From an uncultured bacterium (GTDB lineage Bacteria; Fidelibacterota; Marinisomatia; SCGC-AAA003-L08; JACNLC01), in the NCBI GenBank assembly GCA_964409335.1, contig CAYPCW010000005.1, positions 6,820-70,819 on the forward strand: a DNA stretch of 64,000 bases, written 5' to 3'. Below the pieces are notes generated by a model that worked only from the letters and a program-made list of their open reading frames with translations, was not told the origin of the DNA and ran no database searches. Shown here piece by piece: positions 19,534 through 29,972 of the stretch (positions within the stretch are counted from its first letter, which is position 1; each line of letters begins with the position of its first letter). The position numbers were made by a program, and so were the translations under genes.

Positions 19534-20312
19534 ACTTATCTGGACATACGGAGCGGTTTGATCCCTCCAATTACCATCTGAACGAACATAGCCGGCATGG
19601 ATGTTATCTGATCCATGGGTTTACCAGTTCAACTTACGAGGTAAAGGATCTTGCCCGCGCACTTGCGGCTCAGGGGTACCGGGTTGTCGCAGACAATCTC
19701 CCCGGCCACGGCACGACGGTGGAAGATTGCAACCGGGTGAAATATCAGGAGTGGCTATCTCATGTTGAACGGGGTGTTGCAGAAATGATCCCGGACTGTA
19801 GCACCCTCTTTGTGGGCGGCGGCAGTATGGGCGGATTGCTCACGCTCCATCTTGCGACTTTATTCCCACTAACCGGCATTTTATTGGGTGCGCCATTGCT
19901 GACGTTTAATCATCCGTTCAAAACACGGTTTTTAAATCCCTTCGCCTGTTATTTTATGCCGCTGATGTCGAAAAATCAATTTTATATGAAGTCTGTCCGG
20001 CAGACATATCAATACTACGGGTATCATCAATATCCAATGAAGGCGCTTCATCAGCTTTACAAGATGACTCAGCTGATTCGTCAGCGCCTTAAGCAGATTC
20101 GGGTACCGGCGCTGATCCAGTATGCAAAAAACGACGTTACGGTTCCGATTCGAAATGCTGCACTGATCCGGGACAGTATCTCCTCCGATCACATCCAAAT
20201 GACGGGATATGAGTTGACGACTCACAACATCTGGGATCATCCTGCGGAGAAGGATCTGATTTTTGCAGAGATCATCCGGTTCATGGCAGATGTCCGGGGG
20301 ATACCGGTTTGA
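19530..20312 (+). CDS. alpha/beta hydrolase (carboxylesterase/monoacylglycerol lipase-like)
   Basis: HGFTSS oxyanion region, nucleophile elbow GGSMGG, and late D and H residues. 260 aa, with a 4-nt overlap with recO. Confidence 0.75.
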   Translation: MNLSGHTERFDPSNYHLNEHSRHGCYLIHGFTSSTYEVKDLARALAAQGYRVVADNLPGHGTTVEDCNRVKYQEWLSHVERGVAEMIPDCSTLFVGGGSMGGLLTLHLATLFPLTGILLGAPLLTFNHPFKTRFLNPFACYFMPLMSKNQFYMKSVRQTYQYYGYHQYPMKALHQLYKMTQLIRQRLKQIRVPALIQYAKNDVTVPIRNAALIRDSISSDHIQMTGYELTTHNIWDHPAEKDLIFAEIIRFMADVRGIPV

Positions 20313-21169
20313 GATACCAGTTTACGAGTCCGGGCAGCCGGCAAATGTTCCGTTCCACATTCGGTCAGACTCCGCCAGGGGTGAAAATGATCGTGATCAT
20401 CAATGTGATCGTTTTCATCATCGTTGAATTATCCAGCCTGAAAAATTTGTTGTTTCTCAATTTCGGACTGGTACCCTATCTCACGTGGCACGAGCTGAAA
20501 GTATGGCAGCCCTTTACCTATCTTTTCCTGCATGGCGGACCTATGCACTTACTGGTGAACATGTTTGTGCTCTGGATGTTTGGCAGAGAACTTGAAACCC
20601 GGTGGGGACGAGACCGATTTCTGAAATATTATTTTATAACGGGAATCGGTGCCGGCATCGTGACCATGCTGTTTCAGTTATATTCGCCAATCCCGGTGGT
20701 GGGCGCCAGCGGGGCAATTTACGGACTATTGCTTGCCTATGGATTAATGTATCCCGACCGGACGGTTTACGTGTATTTTTTCTTACCAATAAAAATTAAA
20801 TATTTTGTGGCGATACTGGCAGGTATCTCATTTATCGCATCATTATCACCGGGACAATCGGTAATCAGCCATCTGACCCATTTATCGGGAATGGCCATCG
20901 GTTTTTTTTATCTGCGGTATGGTCTTTCCATGCATTTACTGAAAACCTTTATATCAAAATTAGATGATCACTATGCAAAGATGAGGGGCTTTACTCAAAA
21001 ACAAAAATCCACTAAACCTCCAAAGGTGGATGACTCACTGTTCAATCGCCGGGTAGATGAAGTACTGGATAAAATGAATGAAGTCGGGTGGGATAATTTA
21101 TCGGAAGCCGAGCAGAATATTCTGTACACCGCCAGCAAAAAACAATCACGGAATCATCCCCCGAATTAA
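20309..21169 (+). CDS. rhomboid family intramembrane serine protease
   Basis: HGGPMHLLVNMFVLWMFGRELE, catalytic GASGAIYG and HLSG. The start is either TTG at 20309 (TTGA overlap with the upstream gene) or ATG at 20345. Confidence 0.85.
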   Translation: MRYQFTSPGSRQMFRSTFGQTPPGVKMIVIINVIVFIIVELSSLKNLLFLNFGLVPYLTWHELKVWQPFTYLFLHGGPMHLLVNMFVLWMFGRELETRWGRDRFLKYYFITGIGAGIVTMLFQLYSPIPVVGASGAIYGLLLAYGLMYPDRTVYVYFFLPIKIKYFVAILAGISFIASLSPGQSVISHLTHLSGMAIGFFYLRYGLSMHLLKTFISKLDDHYAKMRGFTQKQKSTKPPKVDDSLFNRRVDEVLDKMNEVGWDNLSEAEQNILYTASKKQSRNHPPN

Positions 21170-21349
21170 GCCAGGATGCTGCTGTCTTGATCGCGGATTA
21201 AACCGATTAAAAAGAATACTCATATCTCATACTTCATAAAACCGGTGAAAAATGATTGATTATCGAACAGATCCCCAGGAAGTCAGGCAACAGGTCTATT
21301 GAAGGTATTGCTCAAAAGGCGCAGGAAATAAAATTTAATTCACGAGAGA

Positions 21350-22738
21350 TCACCCCACAATTAAATTGACCATCATAACGATATCCAGTACATTGATATC
21401 GCCGTCATTGTTCAGGTCAGCCGCCATTTGTTGATACTCATCCGGGACAATGGATCCGATGACAAAATTCACTGTCATCACTATATCCAGCACATTCCAG
21501 ACACCATCACCATTTACGTCCAATATCTGGTTGCTGTAATGGATTGTATATATGCCTGAATTTGTCCTCCGAAGCCATACGATGGGAGGCTGAAACTCCC
21601 AATTGGAATTTGGCTGTCCGTCCAGCTGAATTTCGGATATTTCAGCATTTTCAGATAATTCAAATCCAATGGTTATTTCAGTGGCGACGCCATTGTTCAG
21701 CGTCATTATTCCGCCATTGACAATGGAGGGGATGATGATCAGGGAATCTGAATTTAAATATTGCGTGAGAGCAAATTCGCTGTCGGATATACGTTGCGCC
21801 TGAATTCGGATAAACTCTGTCTGGACATCCTGATTAACTGCCCTGCACCAGTACGCCCGGGTAGGTTCATCCAGGTTTACATTCACCGAAGCTGGATCAC
21901 GGACGACCGTAAAATCCGATAACCAGTTGCATACATCCGCATCGTCCAGCACGATGTATCCATGACCGGCGCCCGGATTCGTTTCTATCCACATATTGGG
22001 GTTGTAGCCTAAAAGGAGATTATATAAATCCTCCGCATGGTACCGGTGGGGTTCATCCACGCTGAAATCCAGATATAAAGGCACGTGCTGAAGGTTGTAG
22101 TGCATGCTTCGGGTGGAATCCATGAAAAAGACGGCGCTGTTTCGATGGTATTCGTACGGGGATTCAAGGGGACTGCCACCAAACCATTGATCCATGGAAT
22201 TATTTCCGTCCATTTCCCAGTATCGCCGTTCGCAATCCAGAATTCCCGAACCGGATGCTGTGGCTGCAACCATCGGGAGATTGGGGTCCAGATGATTATT
22301 GGAATATATGGCTCCTGCAGCGCCTCCCATGGATCCTCCAACCAGATAGATGCGGTCTTCATCGATGTTAAAGTGATTGATCATCCACAAGATCGCCTGT
22401 TGGGTATAATACTGTGCGCCCTGGTGATTGTAGTTATTCGCCGAGCCGCCGAATGGAGCCATCATGATCCAGCCGCGGACATTACATTCTTCATCAAACT
22501 GAGTGGAATAATTCGAATTCTGTGTGCCGCCCCATTGATGAAATGCCACCAACAACGGAACCTCTGCAATACCGGAATAATTTTCCGGGATCTGATACGT
22601 AAAGACATCCAGCGTGTCGCCATTTTCAACGACGTAATCTGTAAATATCTCCTGACCGCTAAGCCACTCTCCCAAAAACAGTGGAATAAAAACAATGAAT
22701 ATGAGCAAAGAAAAAACGCGGTGATGCGAGGATTGCAT
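21350..22738 (-). CDS. secreted alpha/beta hydrolase (PHB-depolymerase/feruloyl-esterase-like) with C-terminal dockerin repeats
   Basis: Signal peptide MQSSHHRVFSLLIFIVFIPLFLG from ATG 22738. PLLVAFHQWGG and the nucleophile elbow VGGSMGGAAG are present. The C-terminus carries DVNGDGVWNVLDIV and DLNNDGDINVLDIV Ca-loop repeats. Confidence 0.65.
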   Translation of the reverse strand: MQSSHHRVFSLLIFIVFIPLFLGEWLSGQEIFTDYVVENGDTLDVFTYQIPENYSGIAEVPLLVAFHQWGGTQNSNYSTQFDEECNVRGWIMMAPFGGSANNYNHQGAQYYTQQAILWMINHFNIDEDRIYLVGGSMGGAAGAIYSNNHLDPNLPMVAATASGSGILDCERRYWEMDGNNSMDQWFGGSPLESPYEYHRNSAVFFMDSTRSMHYNLQHVPLYLDFSVDEPHRYHAEDLYNLLLGYNPNMWIETNPGAGHGYIVLDDADVCNWLSDFTVVRDPASVNVNLDEPTRAYWCRAVNQDVQTEFIRIQAQRISDSEFALTQYLNSDSLIIIPSIVNGGIMTLNNGVATEITIGFELSENAEISEIQLDGQPNSNWEFQPPIVWLRRTNSGIYTIHYSNQILDVNGDGVWNVLDIVMTVNFVIGSIVPDEYQQMAADLNNDGDINVLDIVMMVNLIVG

Positions 22739-22749
22739 AGTAGAATTTC

Positions 22750-24252
22750 CTATCCGTTTAAGATTAAATCCACGATGAATACAACGTCCAGAACATCGAC
22801 ACTGCCGTCGGTATTTACATCGAAACAGGGGGTGCTTTCCGTACAATTACCACAAAGTATTTCGGATACCAGTAGCACAACGTCCAGGACGTCCACGCTG
22901 CCGTCATCGGTGGTGTCACCGGTGGTCAGACAGGTGGCGACCTCACCGACGGTAAATGTAAAGGGATCCTGATCGGTAACCGCACCATCTGAGAATGAGA
23001 AGACCACATTATAAATGCCGTCATCGGGTTGCGGAAGGGAATACGAAAAATCAACCGGATTGTCATACTGGTGCGAAAAAGGAAGCATCTCCCAGACCGA
23101 TCCCTGATGGTTGATCTGGTGAATAAACGGTAAATTCGCATCGGGGTCACTGTATGTTGCCGATAACGTGAAAGTTACCGGGTCATAGTCCACACCTGAA
23201 AGCATTGGACCGACATTCCCGGATTGTGAATGATGCTCCATCAACATGAGTCCTGGCGCGGTGCCATCGTGGAACATCATATTCTGATTGATGTCCGCTG
23301 ATGCGGTGAGTCCCATAACGACAAATCCGTTGATATCGCCAGGCCAGTCGCCAAAATCCGGATCCCCGGTAATGATATTTTTTGCAACAGATAAAAACAA
23401 TGAATTCCCGCTTACCACATATTCAATGTCTGTAGAAATGTATTCTGCACTGATGATCTCACCGCCCGGCGTTCCCACCAGCTTCATGAGCCCCGGATGC
23501 AGATTTCCAAAAAATCCATTGCCGTATCCCAGCGCATAAATGGACAGTTGTCCGCTATTTAAGTCCTGAACCGGATTCAGAAATCCCGCACCGTATAAAT
23601 ACCATGGACCAAAAAATTCACCTACAGGAAATCCGCCGGTAACAGTGGTAAGTTCCACATAGAGCCGGTCAGGGCTATAGGTAACATTCATTCCGGTAAG
23701 GTCGAGATATGCTTCACCATTTTCCTGATCTCCCACCGGTTCCTCAGCCAGACTGGCCAGAGCGGAGACGGGGGGGGGGAACATCTCTGCGCTATTTTCC
23801 GGACACTGGGATAAAACTGCCCGCTCAAATTCATAGTCGTGAGTGGCACGCAGATACCAGTCCAACTGTCCGCTGCCGGTATAGGTGAAATCACACTGCC
23901 AGGTATTGAAATAAGCGGGTGTACCCAAAAAAAGACAATCTGATGCGGACCAGTTCTGTTGATTGTCACCTGAAAAATAGATAGCCGCGGCGGGATTCAG
24001 TGTCATGAGTGAATCGGAAAAATCAGCATGTACCCTGACGGATGCTGCCGGGGCAGACGCAAAAAGGTTCTCAAAATATATCTGGCCACGAGATACCCGT
24101 CGATAGGTCTCTGTCTGCTGAATGATCTTTGAGAACATCGGTTGGTAAATGAGTCTGATCATCGATTCTTCATTCATCTGTACCAGGTTGTTTTGTGTAA
24201 ATCCCGCAGAGGTAAAGAAGAGGAATGCGATAAGACTCGAAATTATTTTCAT
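22750..24252 (-). CDS. secreted protein of unknown function with C-terminal dockerin repeats
   Basis: Signal peptide MKIISSLIAFLFFTSAGFTQ from ATG 24252. No catalytic motif recognised. The C-terminus carries DTTDDGSVDVLDVV and DVNTDGSVDVLDVV. Its stop lies 11 nt before the start of the next gene. Confidence 0.6.
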   Translation of the reverse strand: MKIISSLIAFLFFTSAGFTQNNLVQMNEESMIRLIYQPMFSKIIQQTETYRRVSRGQIYFENLFASAPAASVRVHADFSDSLMTLNPAAAIYFSGDNQQNWSASDCLFLGTPAYFNTWQCDFTYTGSGQLDWYLRATHDYEFERAVLSQCPENSAEMFPPPVSALASLAEEPVGDQENGEAYLDLTGMNVTYSPDRLYVELTTVTGGFPVGEFFGPWYLYGAGFLNPVQDLNSGQLSIYALGYGNGFFGNLHPGLMKLVGTPGGEIISAEYISTDIEYVVSGNSLFLSVAKNIITGDPDFGDWPGDINGFVVMGLTASADINQNMMFHDGTAPGLMLMEHHSQSGNVGPMLSGVDYDPVTFTLSATYSDPDANLPFIHQINHQGSVWEMLPFSHQYDNPVDFSYSLPQPDDGIYNVVFSFSDGAVTDQDPFTFTVGEVATCLTTGDTTDDGSVDVLDVVLLVSEILCGNCTESTPCFDVNTDGSVDVLDVVFIVDLILNG

Positions 24253-24610
24253 GTTTTTACCCTGATTATGGAATTGAAAGTTACAGAAATTCATCATGAT
24301 AATAACCGGAGAAAATGTTAATGTGCAAATTGCGCATTGACTCAAAATAAATGTAACGATGAGCCCAATAAAAAGGGTTGTTTCATCATAATTTAGTGTT
24401 ATCCCTATTTGAGGGGCATGAAAATGAACAATATTCCAAAAAATTCAAAATGATATTCAGAGCTTATTTAAGTTCAGAGTTTACATAATTTAATGTATAA
24501 AGGGGGATTCGCTTTTCCTTATTTGTGGTTGGGTGATTATGATTTTAATCTGCATTATGAACAAGAGTAAATTTGAAGGCTATAAATAACAATAATTCAA
24601 TTTGGAAAAA

Positions 24611-25564
24611 ATGATTTACCAAAATATTTTAGAAACTATCGGAAAAACACCGGTTGTAAAACTCAATCGGATCGGCGCTGATCTCTCATGTCAATTATTT
24701 GCAAAATGCGAATTTTTAAATGCCGGTGGATCCGTTAAGGACCGCATCGGGGTTTTTATGCTGGAAGAAGCGGAGAAATCCGGTCGTATCAAACCCGGCG
24801 ACACTCTTATCGAACCTACATCAGGAAATACCGGGATCGGGCTTGCACTTTCCGCTGCTGTGAAAGGGTATAGGATGATCATCACCATGCCGGAAAAAAT
24901 GAGTCGTGAGAAACAGGTAGTGCTGGAGGCATTGGGAGCTGAAATTGTTCGCACGCCCACAGAAGCAGCCTGGGATTCCCCTGAAAGCCATATTGGCGTT
25001 GCGAAAAAATTGAAAACAGAAATTCCAAACGCCCATATTTTAGATCAATATGGCAATCCAAACAATCCAGACGCCCATTATAAATTTACCGCCAAAGAAA
25101 TATTGGATGACTTTGGGTCAGATCTAGATATGATCGTCATGAGCGTCGGGACCGGAGGCACCATCACTGGCGTCGCCCGACGGCTGAAAGAAGTCAATCC
25201 CAATATTATCGTCGTTGGCGTTGATCCATTTGGTTCCATTCTTGGTGGCGGCGACGAAATTTTTTCATATCTTGTTGAAGGGATCGGATACGATTTCTTC
25301 CCCGAAGTTCTGGATAATTCGCTTGTAGATGAATATGTGAAGGTCAACGATAAAGATTCATTTCTCACGGCTCGACGTCTGATCCGGGAAGAAGGACTTT
25401 TGGTGGGGGGATCATCCGGTTCGACGGTCTGGGGAGCCCTGAAGGTCGCATCCCGTCTTGAGCCAGGTCAAAAGTGTTTGGTGATTCTACCGGATTCGAT
25501 CCGGAATTACCTTTCCAAATTTGTAGATGACGACTGGATGAAATCCCATGATTTTCTGGATTAA
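24611..25564 (+). CDS. PLP-dependent cystathionine beta-synthase/cysteine synthase family protein
   Basis: [27 protein letters not shown] (PLP Lys) and [11 protein letters not shown], plus the GGSSGS loop. No CBS-pair domain. ATG at 24611, or TTG at 24602. Confidence 0.85.
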   Translation: MIYQNILETIGKTPVVKLNRIGADLSCQLFAKCEFLNAGGSVKDRIGVFMLEEAEKSGRIKPGDTLIEPTSGNTGIGLALSAAVKGYRMIITMPEKMSREKQVVLEALGAEIVRTPTEAAWDSPESHIGVAKKLKTEIPNAHILDQYGNPNNPDAHYKFTAKEILDDFGSDLDMIVMSVGTGGTITGVARRLKEVNPNIIVVGVDPFGSILGGGDEIFSYLVEGIGYDFFPEVLDNSLVDEYVKVNDKDSFLTARRLIREEGLLVGGSSGSTVWGALKVASRLEPGQKCLVILPDSIRNYLSKFVDDDWMKSHDFLD

Positions 25565-25588
25565 TTAATCTATTACCTACCGGGATCC

Positions 25589-26974
25589 ATGGCACGTCGA
25601 GATATTATAGTCGATCAGGAAATTCAGGGTATTCTCGATGAAATACGTGAATTATACAAGCAAAACGCCAGGATTGCCCTCTATAAACTTATCAACAACA
25701 CGCACCCGGCGGTCATGTCTGATGTGTTCAGGCACCTGACCGGTACCGAACGTAAAGATATCTTTTTGTATATCCAGCGCATGAAGGGCTTAAAGTATTT
25801 CCTTCCTGAACTGGATGATAATATTATTGAAGAATTATTCAAGTCTACCAGCCCACGGGAAACGGCGAAACTACTTCATGATATGCCCGCGGAAGATATC
25901 GTTAATATTTTAGGACTGCTCCCGGAATCATTATCTCGTGATATTCAAAACTACCTTGAGAAAGACGAACGAGAAGAAGTGCGTGAGATTTTGCAGTATC
26001 CTGAAGAATCTGCCGGGCGGATCATGTCCACCCAATTTATCGCGTTTGAAGAAAATTTAATTATCAAAGAGGTCATTCGTCAATTTCAGGAAATTGATGA
26101 AGACGCTGAAGCACCGTATTACATTTATATTGTGAATTTGTCTCACCAGATGGTTGGCGTTCTGTCGCTGCGACAATTATTATTATATCCTCAAAAGACC
26201 GTGCTTTCAAGCGTCATGCGCCGGGATTTTATCGCTGTATCCCCAGAAACCGATCAGGAGGAAGTAGCCGGGATAGTTTCACAATACAATTATCTCGCGG
26301 TACCGGTGGTGGACGACCAAGGCGAGCTTGTCGGCGTGGTTACCGTAGAGGATGTTCTGGACATTATTCGTGAAGAAGCGACCGAGGATATTCTGAAAAT
26401 GGCGGGGGCCGGCGACGACCGGGAAATACTCCATCGATCCGTTTTTGAAAATGCAAAATCCCGGTTTCCATGGCTGCTGGCCAGTTGGCTCGGTGGAATT
26501 GTCGTTCTAACCGTAATTGGTTCATTTCATACGTTAATTGAAAAAACCGTTGTCCTTGCAGGGTTCATCCCTATTATTCTCGGTATGGGGGGAAATGTGG
26601 GTACCCAAACCACCACCATCATCGTCCGGGGTATTGCAACGGATCGAATTAATCTCAAAAAAGTTTCAAAGGTAATTTTTAAAGAAGTCCTCGTGGGAAT
26701 GTTGCTCGGGATTATTTATGGTGTCTTTTTGGGTATACTGGCTTTTTTCAAATATTCTGCTTTTACTTCACCAATACGGTTAAGTTTGATTGTTGGATTG
26801 TCTATTTTTTGTTCCATGTCTATCGCCAGTACCATTGGTTCTTTTTTACCTATTTTTCTCTATAAATTAAACGTGGACCCGGCCATTGCTACGGGACCTT
26901 TTGTAACAACCTCAACAGATATGATGGGTGTATTGTCATACTTCACCATTGCCAGCTTACTACTTCATATATAG
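25589..26974 (+). CDS. mgtE: magnesium transporter MgtE
   Basis: N-terminal MgtE-N domain, a CBS pair (LAVPVVDDQGELVGVVTVEDVLD) and a TM domain with GMGGNVGTQTTTIIVRG. Confidence 0.92.
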   Translation: MARRDIIVDQEIQGILDEIRELYKQNARIALYKLINNTHPAVMSDVFRHLTGTERKDIFLYIQRMKGLKYFLPELDDNIIEELFKSTSPRETAKLLHDMPAEDIVNILGLLPESLSRDIQNYLEKDEREEVREILQYPEESAGRIMSTQFIAFEENLIIKEVIRQFQEIDEDAEAPYYIYIVNLSHQMVGVLSLRQLLLYPQKTVLSSVMRRDFIAVSPETDQEEVAGIVSQYNYLAVPVVDDQGELVGVVTVEDVLDIIREEATEDILKMAGAGDDREILHRSVFENAKSRFPWLLASWLGGIVVLTVIGSFHTLIEKTVVLAGFIPIILGMGGNVGTQTTTIIVRGIATDRINLKKVSKVIFKEVLVGMLLGIIYGVFLGILAFFKYSAFTSPIRLSLIVGLSIFCSMSIASTIGSFLPIFLYKLNVDPAIATGPFVTTSTDMMGVLSYFTIASLLLHI

Positions 26975-27044
26975 ATCTATGAACACAGGTTAGTCATGGT
27001 TCTGTTATTTCATTAATTCGTGAAAATCCGGTTCACATTCCACA

Positions 27045-28163
27045 ATGATTCTAAACGTTTTTCTAGTTATATTTTTATTATATGTTGTATCCGTCTTTTA
27101 TTTTATTTTCGGAAATCTGATAAAATCTGTACCCGTTAATAAGACAGTTGATGATTCTGTGTCCGTCATCGTCGCGGTTCGTAACGGAGAACGTTCTCTC
27201 CCGGAACTATTAAACATCCTGTCAAATCAAATCTATGATGGTTCGCTGGAATTTATTATCGTTGACGATGAATCTATGGACAGGACAAAGGATATTATCC
27301 TGTACTATGCCAATCGTGATCAGCGAATCAAATATGTATCATCTTCTGAATCCCCGTCAGTGGGACTCCGGCATAAAAAACGCGCATTGGATGCCGGAAT
27401 TTATGCTTCTAAAGGTGATATTTTATTGTTCACTGATGTTGACTGCAGAATGGGCAAATACTGGGTCCGGTCCATGGCATCCCATTTTATGGGATCTGTC
27501 GATTATGTGGTGGGCTTCACCCATACCAACCCGGTGAAATCATGGGTCTCCAGATTCCAGGCGGTTGATCTTTATATTTTGATGGCATCTACGAGAGGAA
27601 CCACACAATGGGGATTCCCGCTGGCAAGTACAGGGCAAAATCAGGCATTTCGGCGCCATAGTTTTGACCGTATGGGTGGATATTCATTGCTGAGAGGTTT
27701 TTTACAGGGTGACGATTCTCTCTTTCTGCAAATTGCCCGAAAACACGCGGGGTCCGTAGTGGCATTCGCTTCAGAACCCAACGCTTTCGTTACCGGACGA
27801 ACGGAAAACGCCTGGAACCCATTTATCCGGCAGCGGATAAGATGGTCGGGCGATACCCTGCTCATGTGGAAATTTAATCGGTTGTTCTTCATTTATCTTT
27901 TCGTAGTTTATCTTACAAATTGGGGATTGTTCATCTCTCTATTAGGGATTTTCCCACTCAAGATAACAATTTGGATTTGGATTATTAAATTTATATGTGA
28001 ATATGTGCTTTTTCTCTCGGTCAGATTTCTGTTCAATTCAAGATTACCGCTTGTTTCATTTATCTTTTGGTTTTTTGTCAATATACTATATACCGTCTTT
28101 ATGGGGACCATGAGCATATTCAGTTCCCGTTTTTCCTGGCACGGTCGGGCTTTACAGAATTGA
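27045..28163 (+). CDS. membrane-bound family 2 glycosyltransferase (QxxRW type), paralog A
   Basis: N-terminal TM, then VSVIVAVRNGE, IIVDDESMD, FTDVDC, QGDDSLF and QRIRW, followed by about four C-terminal TM segments. Confidence 0.8.
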   Translation: MILNVFLVIFLLYVVSVFYFIFGNLIKSVPVNKTVDDSVSVIVAVRNGERSLPELLNILSNQIYDGSLEFIIVDDESMDRTKDIILYYANRDQRIKYVSSSESPSVGLRHKKRALDAGIYASKGDILLFTDVDCRMGKYWVRSMASHFMGSVDYVVGFTHTNPVKSWVSRFQAVDLYILMASTRGTTQWGFPLASTGQNQAFRRHSFDRMGGYSLLRGFLQGDDSLFLQIARKHAGSVVAFASEPNAFVTGRTENAWNPFIRQRIRWSGDTLLMWKFNRLFFIYLFVVYLTNWGLFISLLGIFPLKITIWIWIIKFICEYVLFLSVRFLFNSRLPLVSFIFWFFVNILYTVFMGTMSIFSSRFSWHGRALQN

Positions 28164-29296
28164 TTGTAATTTTATTTATCATTGTGGGGATTTATGTCGG
28201 CGTATTGATGTGGTTTTTAACCGGATTGCAAGCTAATTCCAGGATCAGTTCCGTTTCAAGGACAAATGATCCTTTCGTATCGGTTGTTATCGCTGCAAGA
28301 GATGAAGAAAATAATCTCGAACTCCTTTTGACATCCCTGGACAAACAAACTTATCCACAAAACAAATATGAGGTCATTGTCGCAAATGACCGGTCAACGG
28401 ATAATACGGAACAGATATTGGAAGCGATTGTGAAGCACCATTATAATTTTCAGTCCGTCAGGATATTAAAAACGCCTCCGGGATGGGCTCCGAAACAATG
28501 GGCACTCAACTGTGCCATCGAAGCCTCAAAAGGCGATATTATTCTGTTTACAGATGCAGATTGTCGTCCAACTGACACTTGGATTTGCGCTATGGCAGCT
28601 GAATTTTCCGACCCCTCTGTTGGATTTGTATCGGCACCGGCTCCGCTTTCACAAGGGCATGGATGGATAGACGATATATTTCTTTTGGACAGCCTGGTTC
28701 AGGATGGGTTTTCGGCAGGCGGGATGAGCCGGGGAATCGCTTTATCCTGTACAGGTAGAAATATGGGAATACGGAGATCCGTTTTTAGCGGCGTCAATGG
28801 ATACGACGGAATTCAGTCCTTTATATCCGGCGATGACGATCTGCTCTTACAAAAGGTCGCGTCATTAACAGATTTTAAGGTGTCATTTCATTTGAGATCA
28901 GATGCTCTGGTGTATTCGTCACCCCCCAAAGATATCCACACGTTTTTCCGTCAACGGTTTCGCTTTGCTTCAAAAGGATTATCGTATTATCACCTGAATA
29001 CCACGACAGAGATGAGGATGATTCTCCCATTGTTGTATATTACAAACATAATAGCCCTCTTCTCAATGATCATCGTCATAAAGGAGACCAGTCTCATCGC
29101 TTTGATGCTTTGGGGATTCAAATCAATTGGTGACGGCATCTATTCCCATTGGATTTTTCAAAATTTGAAAATCCGGTGGCCGATCAAGGCCTTTTGGGTT
29201 CTCACCATATTTCATCCAATGTACATCGCTATTTTTGGCGCACTTGGACCATTTCTCAACATTCGATGGAAGGAAAATGACAAACCCTTGGAATAA
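28160..29296 (+). CDS. membrane-bound family 2 glycosyltransferase, paralog B
   Basis: Same architecture as paralog A: VSVVIAARDEE, VANDRSTD, FTDADC, SGDDDLL and QRFRF. The TTG at 28160 overlaps the TGA of paralog A (TTGA) and preserves the N-terminal TM; the track ORF starts further upstream in overlap. Confidence 0.8.
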   Translation: MIVILFIIVGIYVGVLMWFLTGLQANSRISSVSRTNDPFVSVVIAARDEENNLELLLTSLDKQTYPQNKYEVIVANDRSTDNTEQILEAIVKHHYNFQSVRILKTPPGWAPKQWALNCAIEASKGDIILFTDADCRPTDTWICAMAAEFSDPSVGFVSAPAPLSQGHGWIDDIFLLDSLVQDGFSAGGMSRGIALSCTGRNMGIRRSVFSGVNGYDGIQSFISGDDDLLLQKVASLTDFKVSFHLRSDALVYSSPPKDIHTFFRQRFRFASKGLSYYHLNTTTEMRMILPLLYITNIIALFSMIIVIKETSLIALMLWGFKSIGDGIYSHWIFQNLKIRWPIKAFWVLTIFHPMYIAIFGALGPFLNIRWKENDKPLE

Positions 29297-29972
29297 GATA
29301 ATTGTGGGGGTATTGTGCATGAGCTCACTTTATTCAAAAGATTTGTATTCCGTCAGAATGTGGGGCATTCCGGTTGCGACCGTTGAAATGTACGGCACAG
29401 ACAGTACCTATAACGATATCCCTGCCAGATTTGTTTATTTTTCCACTAAAACCAGCCCGCTGACATCAAAAATATTTTTTGTCGATAATCAATATACCTT
29501 ATGGGTTGATCCTATTGATCATCGGACGTTATCTTTTCAGAAAAGTACGATACAGCCCGGCGTTGTTAATTCTTTAGCAACTGAAATGATGAACAACAAT
29601 ATTTACTACCAGAGTACCGATATACCTATTCCTGCGGATACTTTCACCATTTTTTCTTTACTGGATTTTATTCGATATCATCGGTTTAAAGAACCGTTTT
29701 TATGTAACATTGAGCGTGAGGGATATATATTCCCATCGAAACTGATACCTGTGTCTACGGATCATAATTATGTACGTTATCAACTTGACATTGATATAAA
29801 TTTCCCACAGAAACACCCTCCTGTTGTGGAACATACGGATATTTTTACATGGGCTTTATTTAAAGAGGGTGTGTCCCGACAGATTGATATGAATTATCAT
29901 TCAAACCAAATTGAAGCTTGTGTATTTACCAGCGGTGTAATTCGCCTATCGGCAAAATTGGAAAATGAATAA
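29277..29972 (+). CDS. DUF3108-like protein
   Basis: YSVRMWGIPVATVEMYG..., FFVDNQYTLWVDP, DTFTIFSLLDFIRYHRF and a C-terminal GVIRLSAKL follow my memory of the DUF3108 pattern. The ATG at 29277 overlaps the end of GT2 paralog B by 20 nt. Confidence 0.5.
   Translation: MTNPWNKIIVGVLCMSSLYSKDLYSVRMWGIPVATVEMYGTDSTYNDIPARFVYFSTKTSPLTSKIFFVDNQYTLWVDPIDHRTLSFQKSTIQPGVVNSLATEMMNNNIYYQSTDIPIPADTFTIFSLLDFIRYHRFKEPFLCNIEREGYIFPSKLIPVSTDHNYVRYQLDIDINFPQKHPPVVEHTDIFTWALFKEGVSRQIDMNYHSNQIEACVFTSGVIRLSAKLENE

Noticed and set aside
21350-24252. Dockerin repeats as evidence for a cellulosome
   Set aside because: There is no cohesin, scaffoldin, glycoside hydrolase or CBM in the window. Dockerin-like tails occur widely outside cellulosomes.
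24253-24610. SAM or other sulfur-metabolism riboswitch upstream of the cysteine synthase/CBS-like gene
   Set aside because: The AT-rich 350 nt show none of the conserved SAM-I core strings I know and no long paired stems. This is most likely a divergent promoter region.
25565-25588. M-box riboswitch upstream of mgtE
   Set aside because: Only 24 nt separate mgtE from the preceding gene, which is far too short for an M-box.
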